This document shows positions 38,626 to 47,705 of a DNA stretch of 64,000 nt, piece by piece. Source of the stretch: Oscillospiraceae bacterium (GTDB taxonomy: Bacteria; Bacillota; Clostridia; UBA1212; UBA1255). Under the pieces are notes generated by a model, which did no database searches, had not been told where the DNA came from, and saw only the letters and a list, made by a program, of their open reading frames with translations. How positions within the stretch are numbered: the first letter of the stretch is position 1; the number at the start of each line of letters is the position of its first letter. The stretch spans positions 6,021-70,020 of the forward strand of contig SVJD01000005.1 of NCBI GenBank assembly GCA_015069165.1, given 5' to 3'. The position numbers were made by a program, and so were the translations under genes.

Positions 38626-40377
38626 ATGAATTTTGCTCAGGAAAACAAAAAAATTCACAGACCTTGGATAAAATATTATTCTGATGAAATACCGGCAGAT
38701 TTGGAATATCCTGACGGTACAATGTACGATGTTTTTCTTAAAACTGCAACAGAATTTTCTCACTTTCCTGCTTTAGATTATATGAATACAAAAATTTCTT
38801 ACCGAGCACTTCATTCCGAAATTTTACGCTCGGCAAAAGCTCTCAAAAAAAGCGGAATTTCACGCGGTGACAGAGTTACTGTTTGTCTTCCGAATATTCC
38901 GCAGGCAGTTATAATTTTTTATGCAATTATTTATTTAGGGGCGCACGCCAATATGATTCATCCCCTTTCTTCGGGAAATGAGATAGAATTCTACGTAAAC
39001 ACAAGCAAAAGCAAACTTTTATTTATTTTAGATGCATTTTATGGCAAAACAAGCAATATAAACTGCCCCACACTTGAAAAAACAATTTACGCAAGTGCTG
39101 CCGAATATCTTTCTTTCCCGATGCGTGTCGGTTTCAAATTGACAAAAGGCAGAAAAATCAGCAATCCAAAAAACATGCCAAAAAATACTTTTGGGGCACA
39201 ATCTTGGAACGAATTTTTGGGCGAATATAAAAATGCAAAAGTAACCGATAATTTCGGTGCAAAAAAAATCCCCCCCACAGATACAGCCGTAATTTTATAT
39301 AGTGGCGGCACAACAGGAATACAAAAAGGCATAATGCTTTCGCACCTTAATTTTAACGCATTGGCACTGCAGACAGCAACAAACGGCGTAAACAGTATAA
39401 ATCCGGGAGACACAATGCTTGCTGTACTTCCTATGTTTCACGGATTTGGCTTAGGCGTATGTATTCATACAGCAATATTAAAAGGTTGTACCATAATTCT
39501 CGTTCCGCAGTTCAACGCCGACTCTTTTGCAAAGCTCCTTCGCAAAAAGAAGCCATCTTTTATAGCAGGCGTTCCTACCCTTTATGAGGCACTTTTAAGA
39601 AACGACCGTCTTAAAGGCGTTGATTTTTCAAAGGCAAAGGGCATATTTGCAGGCGGTGACACGCTCCCTTATGATATAAAAATACGTTTCGACGAAGCTT
39701 TGAAAGTTCGCGGTTCCACAGTTACATTGCGTGAGGGTTTCGGTCTGACGGAATGTGTCACAGCAAGTGCACTTACTCCTTCAAAAGAATACAGAAAAGG
39801 CAGCGTAGGCATACCGTATTCCGACACTTTCTATAAAATAGTAACTCCCGGTACAACAGAGGAAGTTCCTGCAAACACAAATGGAGAAATCTGTATAAGC
39901 GGTCCCTCTGTAATGAATGGTTATTTGGATAATGAGGAAGAGACTTCCAAAGTGTTGAAAATCCATAACGATGGCCGGATGTGGCTTCATACCGGTGATT
40001 TGGGAGCAATGGATGAAGACGGATTTATATATTTTAAATCAAGAATTAAAAGAATGATAAAATGTTCGGGATATTCGATTTATCCGTCACAAATCGAAGA
40101 AATCATAAATTCACATGAGGCAGTTGCACTTTCGTGTGTAATCGGTGTGCACGATGACTATAAAATGAACAAAATAAAGGCATTTATTGTTTTGAAAAAC
40201 GATTTAACACCTACTCAAGATATAAAACAGTCTATAGAAGATTATTGCAAGAAAAATATTGCGCGCTACTCTTTACCTAAAGAATACGAATACAGAAAAG
40301 AGTTACCGTTGACCAAAGTGGGTAAAGTAGCGTATACTATTCTCGAAGAACAGGAGATGTCAAAAAATGTCAAATAA
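38626..40377 (+). CDS. AMP-dependent synthetase/ligase (long-chain fatty acid--CoA ligase-like)
   Basis: AMP-binding motif YSGGTTGIQKG, plus the later GDLG..DEDG and KVGKV patterns. Confidence 0.85.
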   Translation: MNFAQENKKIHRPWIKYYSDEIPADLEYPDGTMYDVFLKTATEFSHFPALDYMNTKISYRALHSEILRSAKALKKSGISRGDRVTVCLPNIPQAVIIFYAIIYLGAHANMIHPLSSGNEIEFYVNTSKSKLLFILDAFYGKTSNINCPTLEKTIYASAAEYLSFPMRVGFKLTKGRKISNPKNMPKNTFGAQSWNEFLGEYKNAKVTDNFGAKKIPPTDTAVILYSGGTTGIQKGIMLSHLNFNALALQTATNGVNSINPGDTMLAVLPMFHGFGLGVCIHTAILKGCTIILVPQFNADSFAKLLRKKKPSFIAGVPTLYEALLRNDRLKGVDFSKAKGIFAGGDTLPYDIKIRFDEALKVRGSTVTLREGFGLTECVTASALTPSKEYRKGSVGIPYSDTFYKIVTPGTTEEVPANTNGEICISGPSVMNGYLDNEEETSKVLKIHNDGRMWLHTGDLGAMDEDGFIYFKSRIKRMIKCSGYSIYPSQIEEIINSHEAVALSCVIGVHDDYKMNKIKAFIVLKNDLTPTQDIKQSIEDYCKKNIARYSLPKEYEYRKELPLTKVGKVAYTILEEQEMSKNVK

Positions 40378-41437
40378 AGAAAACAAACAAAAAATTAAAA
40401 TGACAGAGGGTAAAAAGATATGTTCCGTAGGCGGACAGGCCCTTATGGAAGGTATTATGATGTTAGGTCCTCACGGAATGGCTCAAGTTGTACGTGACCC
40501 ACAAGGAGAGCTTAATATTAAAACAGAAAGCATTACTCCCCTTGTTCGTAAAAATAAATTCTTCGGTTTGCCGCTTATTCGCGGTTGCGTTGCTTTGGTG
40601 GATTCTATGCGCCGCGGTATGAAAGCTTTGTTTGACTCTGCAGAAATCGCAATATCCGAAGATGATCCCAACTATGAGCCATCAAAGTTTGATAAATGGG
40701 TAGAAGATAAGCTAGGCGATAAAGCAATGGGTGTACTTATAACTATTTCCACCATTATTGCCGTGTGTTTCTCGGTAGGTCTTTTCTTTGTTTTACCTAC
40801 ATTTATTTCTTCTTTCATCCCAAAAACAGTCCCGAAAGTTCTTTTCAATCTCTGTGAAGGTGTTGTCAGATTAGCAATTTTCATGGGATATATGATTATT
40901 ATTGCAAAAATGAAAGATATTCGCCGTGTGTATATGTATCACGGTGCCGAGCATAAAACTATCCACTGTTTTGAGCACGAAGACGAGCTTACCATAGAAA
41001 ATGTACGCAAGTATTCCAAACATCATCCTCGATGCGGAACTGCATTTTTATTTGTGGTTATGATTATCAGTATTCTTATCTACTCTCTCCTTCCCAGATT
41101 TGACAGTATTTGGTTGCGAGTAGGTTGCAGACTTTTGCTTTTACCTGTAATTGCCGGTGTCAGCTATGAATTTAACCGTTTTGCCGGAAAACATGTGAAT
41201 TGGTTTACTAAAATTCTTCGCGCTCCCGGAATGGCTATGCAGCGTTTTACAACGATAGAGCCTGATGATGATATGATAGAAGTTGCAATCGTCGCTCTTA
41301 CAAAAGCTCTCGAATATGAAAAAGAGTACGAAAAAGAAAAAACTTACAGCGCCCTTGATAACGAGCCTGAAAGTTGCTCTTGTTGCAACGAGTGTGCTGA
41401 AACAGCAAAAGAAGATATTCAGAATAATGAAACTTAA
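40367..41437 (+). CDS. DUF1385 domain membrane protein (YqhQ-like)
   Basis: VGGQALMEGIMM and YHGAEHK motifs. It shows the usual linkage upstream of prmC. Confidence 0.8.
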   Translation: MSNKENKQKIKMTEGKKICSVGGQALMEGIMMLGPHGMAQVVRDPQGELNIKTESITPLVRKNKFFGLPLIRGCVALVDSMRRGMKALFDSAEIAISEDDPNYEPSKFDKWVEDKLGDKAMGVLITISTIIAVCFSVGLFFVLPTFISSFIPKTVPKVLFNLCEGVVRLAIFMGYMIIIAKMKDIRRVYMYHGAEHKTIHCFEHEDELTIENVRKYSKHHPRCGTAFLFVVMIISILIYSLLPRFDSIWLRVGCRLLLLPVIAGVSYEFNRFAGKHVNWFTKILRAPGMAMQRFTTIEPDDDMIEVAIVALTKALEYEKEYEKEKTYSALDNEPESCSCCNECAETAKEDIQNNET

Positions 41438-42263
41438 TGAGTGGAGATTATCCTCCAAACTTCCAAAACACGAAACAGATATGATAGTTGAGAGAGTGTG
41501 CGGTCTTGACAGATTGCACATTCTTATTGTTGCTTCAAATTTTGAGCTTTCTCAATCTCAAATCGACGAACTAAACAAATTACACGATGCCAGATATATA
41601 CAAAAATATCCGCTTCAATATCTTTTGGGGTATTCTTATTTTATGGGATTAAAATTCAAAGTTACTCCTGATGTTCTCATTCCGAGATATGATACCGAAA
41701 TTCTTGTAAACGAAGCAGAAAAGGTTATTTCTCCCCTGCCGCAAGCTAAAGTTCTTGACCTTTGCACAGGCAGCGGTTGTATAGCTGTTTGTCTTGCAGA
41801 CAAATTTAAAAACAAAGAAAACATCAATTTTTTTGCAAGCGACATATCTGAAAAAGCTCTAACTGTTGCAAAAGAAAATGCCGAAAGCCTCGGTGTAAAC
41901 ATTGATTTTGTTCTTTCAGATATGTTTAATGCTTTTTATGATGCCGAAAACAACGCCAAAGAAAAATTTGATATTATACTGTCAAACCCGCCATATATTG
42001 ACATATCTGAAAAAATTTATATGTCAGAAGATACAAAAAACTTTGAACCTGAGCTTGCACTTTTCGCGGACGACAACGGCTTGGAATTTTATAAAAAAAT
42101 CGCTTCAAATTACAAAAAACTTCTCAATCCCGGCGGCCATGTAATTATGGAAATAGGTTTCAAGCAAGGATATTCCGTAGCCGATTTATTCAAAGATTGC
42201 CGTGAAGTAAAAATAATAAAAGACTTAGGCGGCAACGACAGAGTTATCCATGTGTTTAATTAA
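41427..42263 (+). CDS. prmC: peptide chain release factor N5-glutamine methyltransferase
   Basis: SAM motif VLDLCTGSGCIA and catalytic NPPY (LSNPPYI). ATG at 41427 overlaps the upstream stop by 11 nt. Confidence 0.9.
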   Translation: MKLNEWRLSSKLPKHETDMIVERVCGLDRLHILIVASNFELSQSQIDELNKLHDARYIQKYPLQYLLGYSYFMGLKFKVTPDVLIPRYDTEILVNEAEKVISPLPQAKVLDLCTGSGCIAVCLADKFKNKENINFFASDISEKALTVAKENAESLGVNIDFVLSDMFNAFYDAENNAKEKFDIILSNPPYIDISEKIYMSEDTKNFEPELALFADDNGLEFYKKIASNYKKLLNPGGHVIMEIGFKQGYSVADLFKDCREVKIIKDLGGNDRVIHVFN

Positions 42264-42310
42264 ATGTAATTTGCCCATAATCTTTTTGAAAACATTTTTT
42301 AAGAGGATTT

Positions 42311-42874
42311 ATGGCGAAATCAGTAATTTTATTGATATTTTTAATACTTATTTTGCTTGTGGCGGCAATATTTTCCGTTGAGCTTCGTATTGTTGTTTCC
42401 TTTTATACTTCAACGGAATATTTGACTTCGCAATCTGAAAATTTATACAAGTATTCCGTAGTTGTAAATCGAATTTTTCGCCGTGACAGCAATACACGAA
42501 AAAAATCAAAGCCAAAATCAAAAAGAAACATTTTAAGAAAAATAAGTAAATTCAGTCACTGTCTGGAAATTTCAAACATTTCAATCATAGGAAACATCTC
42601 CCTTGCAAATGCTTTTCCAACAGCAATTTCTGTGGGAATTTTAAATTCTGCGGCAGGCTTTTTTATCGCTTTTTTATCTGCACATTGCAGTAAAATATCA
42701 CTTTCGAAAATTGTAATTCAACCTATATACAGCGAAGAAATAGAAGGAGATATATTTTTTGAATGTATAGTTAAGACAAATTTAGGAAACATTATCACAG
42801 AAAGCGTGAAGCATTTTATAAACACACAAAAAATGAAGAAAGGACGTAAAAAAAATGTCAAATCCCATAAATGA
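42311..42874 (+). CDS. DUF2953-like sporulation protein (YtfI-like)
   Basis: N-terminal TM segment, a basic linker and a position immediately upstream of a GerW/YtfJ gene. Confidence 0.55.
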   Translation: MAKSVILLIFLILILLVAAIFSVELRIVVSFYTSTEYLTSQSENLYKYSVVVNRIFRRDSNTRKKSKPKSKRNILRKISKFSHCLEISNISIIGNISLANAFPTAISVGILNSAAGFFIAFLSAHCSKISLSKIVIQPIYSEEIEGDIFFECIVKTNLGNIITESVKHFINTQKMKKGRKKNVKSHK

Positions 42875-43340
42875 TGTAACGATTACCTCTATGAACGGAA
42901 TTAAAGAAATGATTGATGTCAATACCGTTATCGGCGATGCTGTTCAAACTCCCGACGGTTCTGTGATAATACCCGTTTGCAAAGTTTGCTTCGGTCTTAC
43001 CGCAGGCGGCGCACAATACAGCGGAAATCTTGATTTTTCAAACCCCATTACCGGTCCCGGCAAACCGCTTGATGATAAATTTATTGTACCGATAAAATAT
43101 CCTTTTGCAGGAGGCTGCGCTACAGGTGTTTCGATTACTCCTGTAGCTTTTATTAAATCAGGAGACGGAAATGTTCAGCTCATTCCGGTTGACAGTAACG
43201 ATACCCTTGAAAAATTAGTAAATTTGATACCTGATTTATTTAATAAAATTTTAACTGTTATTGAAGATAAAATGTGTGAAAAAAATTGCCACTCTCAAAA
43301 CGAAAGCGGCAATTGCGAATGTGACGATATTGAAAAATAA
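42855..43340 (+). CDS. gerW: GerW (YtfJ) family sporulation protein
   Basis: VIGDAVQTPDGSVIIPVCKVCFGLTAGG and ITPVAFI patterns typical of YtfJ/GerW. Confidence 0.8.
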   Translation: MSNPINDVTITSMNGIKEMIDVNTVIGDAVQTPDGSVIIPVCKVCFGLTAGGAQYSGNLDFSNPITGPGKPLDDKFIVPIKYPFAGGCATGVSITPVAFIKSGDGNVQLIPVDSNDTLEKLVNLIPDLFNKILTVIEDKMCEKNCHSQNESGNCECDDIEK

Positions 43341-44186
43341 TTAAATTCCCATATAATCGTTAAATTCTTTATATACAGCGTTACGGACCTTATCCATGTT
43401 TACGGGGTCCTTACCGCCTACAGGCTTACCGTCAATTTCTGTAGCCTGTATACATAATGTGGAAGAACTGGAAACAATAACTTCATCAGCATCCATAAGT
43501 TCTGCCAATGTAAACGGTGTTTCATCAACGGGAATGCCGAGCTCGTTACAAGCTTTAATAAGGTGTGCTCTTGCGATTCCGGGCAAAATAAGATTGTCTG
43601 TGGGTGCTGTACGGAAAACTCCGTCTTTCAATATACTTACATTACAATGTGCACATTCCGTAACTCTGTCTCCTCTGTGGAGAACTGCCTCATCACAACC
43701 TGCTTTGCGAGCCTTTTCAGAAGCAATAACGCTGGGCAAAAGGTTAATTGTTTTGATATTACAGTGAAGATATCTTGTATCTTCGAGAGTGATAAGTTTA
43801 AATCTCTTGTCAACGCCTGCAGTCTTACCGGGTTTTACCATAATCATAAGATTAGGTTTACACGGAGCATCAGGATAAATGTGATTACGAATTGCTGTAC
43901 CTCTCGAAACTTGCCAATAAATACTTACGTCTTTACACTCAGACTTTGACACTGCTTCGTAAAGAATTTCTGCCATTTCCTCTCGTGTATACGGAATTTC
44001 TATTTCAATCAAAGCAGCGCTTCTGTACAGACGGTCTAAATGTTCGTCAAGAGCAAAAATTTTGCCGTTATGTGCAAGTGAAAAGTCATAAACACCATCG
44101 CCAAAATAACATGCTCTGTCAAGCATTGGAATTTCCATTTCAGCCAAAGAGCCGAATTTACCGTTATAATAACCTACCTCAACCAT
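43341..44186 (-). CDS. dat: D-amino acid aminotransferase (class IV PLP aminotransferase)
   Basis: LDRACYFGDGVYDF...EHLDRLYRSA N-terminal pattern and the class IV fold length (281 aa). Confidence 0.8.
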   Translation of the reverse strand: MVEVGYYNGKFGSLAEMEIPMLDRACYFGDGVYDFSLAHNGKIFALDEHLDRLYRSAALIEIEIPYTREEMAEILYEAVSKSECKDVSIYWQVSRGTAIRNHIYPDAPCKPNLMIMVKPGKTAGVDKRFKLITLEDTRYLHCNIKTINLLPSVIASEKARKAGCDEAVLHRGDRVTECAHCNVSILKDGVFRTAPTDNLILPGIARAHLIKACNELGIPVDETPFTLAELMDADEVIVSSSSTLCIQATEIDGKPVGGKDPVNMDKVRNAVYKEFNDYMGI

Positions 44187-44245
44187 AAAAATATATCCCT
44201 TTCTATGTTAATAATTATTTATATGTATATGTTTTTGTATGCCGA

Positions 44246-44812
44246 TTAATTTTCTGTTTCCTGTTCATTCTCTTCTTGCGTAATGTCAGGTAATTCACCC
44301 AAATTGCTGATACCGAGACTCTTGAGGAACAAATCAGTTGTACCGTAAAGAGTCGGTCTGCCGGGGCTGTCTGCCTTTCCGCATTCCGCAACAAGTCCTC
44401 TCTCAACGAGTTTCGCAAGTACGCCGTCACTGTTGACACCTCTTACCATTTCGATGCCGGCTCTTGTTACAGGCTGATTATAACCTATTATTGTTAAAGT
44501 TTCCATAGCTGCTTTACTTAAATTTCCCGTTGCCGTTTCTTGGAAATAAACGCACAGGTCATCGTAATACTCAGGATTTGAAGAAAACTGGAAACCATTG
44601 TTTACTTTTCGCAAAATAATGCCGCCTTTTCTTTTTTCGTATTTTGCGGTTAAGCGATTCATAACATTCTCTGCCTCATTTTTCTTTACTTTCAAAACAA
44701 GACATATTTCTTCAAGAGTTACAATTCCGCCCGAAGCAAACAACAAAGCTTCTGCAATCGCTTCATTTTTACTGTATGCATTTTCTATATTTTCTGTACC
44801 AAAATCACTCAT
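44246..44812 (-). CDS. scpB: segregation and condensation protein B
   Basis: ALLFASGGIVTLEEI and ETLTIIGYNQPVTRAGIEMVRGV patterns; it follows scpA. Confidence 0.9.
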   Translation of the reverse strand: MSDFGTENIENAYSKNEAIAEALLFASGGIVTLEEICLVLKVKKNEAENVMNRLTAKYEKRKGGIILRKVNNGFQFSSNPEYYDDLCVYFQETATGNLSKAAMETLTIIGYNQPVTRAGIEMVRGVNSDGVLAKLVERGLVAECGKADSPGRPTLYGTTDLFLKSLGISNLGELPDITQEENEQETEN

Positions 44813-44838
44813 ATCAGAGTCACCTTTCTCGCTTATTA

Positions 44839-45660
44839 TCAGCTCAGCAATCCGTCGCCGAAAGATTCATTTTCGAAGTCACCGTTAAGCTCGCTGTCTC
44901 CGGCAAAATCGAAATCACCGTCTTCTATTTCCTCTCCCGGCAAAATAACTATTTCTCCGAAATTTTCTTTTTGCTCGGCTCTTACACGTTTTCTTCTTGT
45001 AAGTTCAAGAAGCGCAAGAAACCCTGTCACAATCTCTGCTTTACTGCTCTTTTCCTTTGAAAAAAGCTCAGAAAACTTTGTTTTTGCTTTTTTTAAAACA
45101 CTTGAAACAACTTGTTTCATTTTATCTTTAAGGCTTACTTTCTCAACTTTGAGAATTCTTTCCATTTTTTCACGGTTGTCGTTTTGCCTTACGAGATACC
45201 TGGTGCGAACTTCTGCAAAACACGCTGCAAATTCATTTTTATCAATTTCAGGCGGCTCGTACTTTTTCGGATAATCCAAAGGCTCCGGCATTTTATAATG
45301 CGATTTTGACCAATACAAATATCTTTCTGTAATCTCCGGCGTAACATCTTTGTACTTTTTATACTGAGTAAGCCTTCTTATAAGTTCTTCCTCTGTAATC
45401 TCCTCTTCTTCTTTCTCGGGCTTCGGCAAAAGTTTCTTTGATTTTAAATGTAAAAGCCAACTTGCCATAACAAGAAACTCCGAGGCAATTTCCATGTCAA
45501 AATTCTGACTGAGTACATCAATATATTGATCCGCAATCAAGCTTATCTTAATATCTGTAATTTCAAGCTTGTTACGCTCCAAAAGTGCAAGCAAAAGGTC
45601 AAAAGGGCCCTCGAACACATCAAGTCTTATATTAATTTCTGATTTGTATTCCTCTGACAA
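44839..45660 (-). CDS. scpA: segregation and condensation protein A
   Basis: FEGPFDLLLALLERNKLEITDI N-terminal kleisin motif. Confidence 0.9.
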   Translation of the reverse strand: MSEEYKSEINIRLDVFEGPFDLLLALLERNKLEITDIKISLIADQYIDVLSQNFDMEIASEFLVMASWLLHLKSKKLLPKPEKEEEEITEEELIRRLTQYKKYKDVTPEITERYLYWSKSHYKMPEPLDYPKKYEPPEIDKNEFAACFAEVRTRYLVRQNDNREKMERILKVEKVSLKDKMKQVVSSVLKKAKTKFSELFSKEKSSKAEIVTGFLALLELTRRKRVRAEQKENFGEIVILPGEEIEDGDFDFAGDSELNGDFENESFGDGLLS

Positions 45661-45759
45661 AACCCTTAACCTCCATGAAAAATCTAACCTATTAAGTATA
45701 TCACATTTATAAAATTTGTGCTATAATTAAATTAATAAAATCATTAGGGAGGTTTTTAT

Positions 45760-46338
45760 ATGAATTTCTGTACATATTGCGGCTCAAAATTAGAAAACAA
45801 CTGTAATTTTTGCCATTCTTGCGGCAAACCTGCAAACAATATCCAGAAAAATATCAAGTACACTGCCGAGGAAGAAAAATGTCTTGATGACTTTAAGGGA
45901 TTTTTAAAATGGGAGCGTTTTTTCTATAAATTGGCAGGCATAATTTATCTCGTATGTACAATTATTTTTGCTTCTTTCGGCTTGTTTTTCCTTTTAGTAA
46001 CTTCTGTTACATATTCTGAATACAACAATTACGCCATGTATGTTCCTTCATTTCTTATGTGCTTCATATATCTTTTTATAGCACTCATCATATATACTCC
46101 TGTTGTTATTATTAACTTTTCTCTCAAAAACAGGACTGAAAAATATATGAATACAGTACACACCGATATAAAAGCAGTTGAAGAGCGTTGCGGCAACGTC
46201 GCAATGATTGTTGTTTCAGTTATTTTTAACAGTCCTGCCGCTATATTCGTTATAATAAATTTTGTACGAACAAAAACAAATAAAAATCTGATTGACAGCA
46301 TATCCTATAAACAAAAAACGGAGGGTTCAAATGCTTAA
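45760..46338 (+). CDS. zinc-ribbon domain membrane protein
   Basis: N-terminal CxxC-x10-CxxC (FCTYCGSKLENNCNFCHSCG) followed by about four TM helices. Confidence 0.5.
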   Translation: MNFCTYCGSKLENNCNFCHSCGKPANNIQKNIKYTAEEEKCLDDFKGFLKWERFFYKLAGIIYLVCTIIFASFGLFFLLVTSVTYSEYNNYAMYVPSFLMCFIYLFIALIIYTPVVIINFSLKNRTEKYMNTVHTDIKAVEERCGNVAMIVVSVIFNSPAAIFVIINFVRTKTNKNLIDSISYKQKTEGSNA

Positions 46339-47578
46339 AAAAGTTGAAATATTGTCTGTGGGCACAGAGCTTCTTATGGGGCAAATTGCCAATACAAATG
46401 CACAATTTATTTCTCAACACTTACCCGAGGTAGGATTGGGTGTATATTATCACAGCGTTGTAGGAGATAATCCGGAGCGTCTTACAAAGTGTTTACAGTA
46501 CGCACTTTCAAGAAGTGATGTTATAATCACAACAGGCGGTTTGGGCCCCACACAAGACGATTTGACAAAAGAAGTAATTGCCAGAACATTAGGTCTTGAA
46601 ATGATACAGGACGAAGAAAGTGCAAATCACATAAGACAATATTTTAAAAACACAGGAAAAGTTATGAGCGAAAATAATTTGCGCCAAGCTTTTTTCCCTG
46701 CCGGAAGTACAATAATAGATAATGTTCAAGGTACAGCTCCCGGTTGTATAATCGAGCATGAAGGTAAAGTTATAATACTTCTCCCCGGTCCGCCGAAAGA
46801 GCTTATTCCAATGTTTAACAGACATATTTTGCCATTTTTTCAAAAGAGATGCGATTCTCCTTTGACATCAAAATTTTTAAGAGTTGTCGGAATCGGTGAA
46901 TCAATGGTTGAAAAGAAATTACTTTCACTGGTGGATAAGCAAACAAACCCAACTCTTGCCACTTATGCCAAGGACGGCATTGTTTCTATTCGTGTAACTG
47001 CACATGACGAAGGTAAAATTCCGGCTTCTTTGTTGGTTTCCGATATGTGCGGAAAAATCGTGTCAATTTTGGGAGATTCCGTATACACAGATAATGACGA
47101 AGAATTGGAAAATACCGTATTAAAGCTTTTGATTGCAAACAACCTTACTTTCTCATGTGCGGAATCGTGCACAGGCGGAATGTTAGCTGAAAAGCTCACT
47201 GCAATACCCGGTTCTTCAAAAGTTTTCAAATGCGCGGCAGTAACGTACATGACAGAATCAAAAACAGAAATGTTAGGTGTTAACCCTGAGATTATTGAGA
47301 AATTCGGAGTTGTAAGCAAAGAAACTGCACTTGAAATGGTAACGGGAATGATTAAAACCGCCAAAACCGATGTTGCAATATCAATAACAGGTTTTGCAGG
47401 TCCTCAATTTGCAGATGAACCTGTCGGCAAAGTTTGTATAGGCGTGTGTACTCCCGATTGCACAACAGTAAAAGAATTTAAATTCTCAGGAAGCAGAGAC
47501 AGAATCAGAACATTAAGCGTTGTCTATGCGCTTGATATGTTAAGGCGTGCCCTGCTCCACCTGGATATTCCAAATTAG
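46331..47578 (+). CDS. cinA: competence/damage-inducible protein CinA (MoCF-binding plus PncC-like deamidase domains)
   Basis: VEILSVGTELLMGQIANTN N-terminus and C-terminal SCAESCTGG. ATG at 46331 sits 5 nt after GGAGGG. Confidence 0.9.
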   Translation: MLKKVEILSVGTELLMGQIANTNAQFISQHLPEVGLGVYYHSVVGDNPERLTKCLQYALSRSDVIITTGGLGPTQDDLTKEVIARTLGLEMIQDEESANHIRQYFKNTGKVMSENNLRQAFFPAGSTIIDNVQGTAPGCIIEHEGKVIILLPGPPKELIPMFNRHILPFFQKRCDSPLTSKFLRVVGIGESMVEKKLLSLVDKQTNPTLATYAKDGIVSIRVTAHDEGKIPASLLVSDMCGKIVSILGDSVYTDNDEELENTVLKLLIANNLTFSCAESCTGGMLAEKLTAIPGSSKVFKCAAVTYMTESKTEMLGVNPEIIEKFGVVSKETALEMVTGMIKTAKTDVAISITGFAGPQFADEPVGKVCIGVCTPDCTTVKEFKFSGSRDRIRTLSVVYALDMLRRALLHLDIPN

Positions 47579-47705
47579 GAATTACCAATTCAGTTTATAA
47601 TTTCCATATTTTACAAAGAATAAAAGCTTTCATTTAAAGCACAATAAATTTTATTCAGGTAACGGTTTACAAAACTGTTCCGCTCAAAAAGGAAGTGTGC
47701 TTAAA

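Noticed and set aside
37445-38722. The full-length track ORF (425 aa) for the acyltransferase, and similar long N-terminal extensions at 2356-3450, 6121-7098, 8176-9324, 33399-34166, 41283-42263, 46292-47578 and 59248-61554.
   Set aside because: The extensions overlap neighbouring genes or promoters, and many begin at alternative start codons that lie inside a Shine-Dalgarno sequence. In each case a downstream start with a well-spaced RBS gives the family-typical N-terminus.
39261-39276. An A8 tract followed by a C7 tract inside the AMP-ligase gene, which might be a slipped-strand phase-variation site.
   Set aside because: The frame is intact here (GAKKIPPTD), and nothing else suggests contingency-locus behaviour. 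A single sequence cannot show length variation. It would need population or long-read data.
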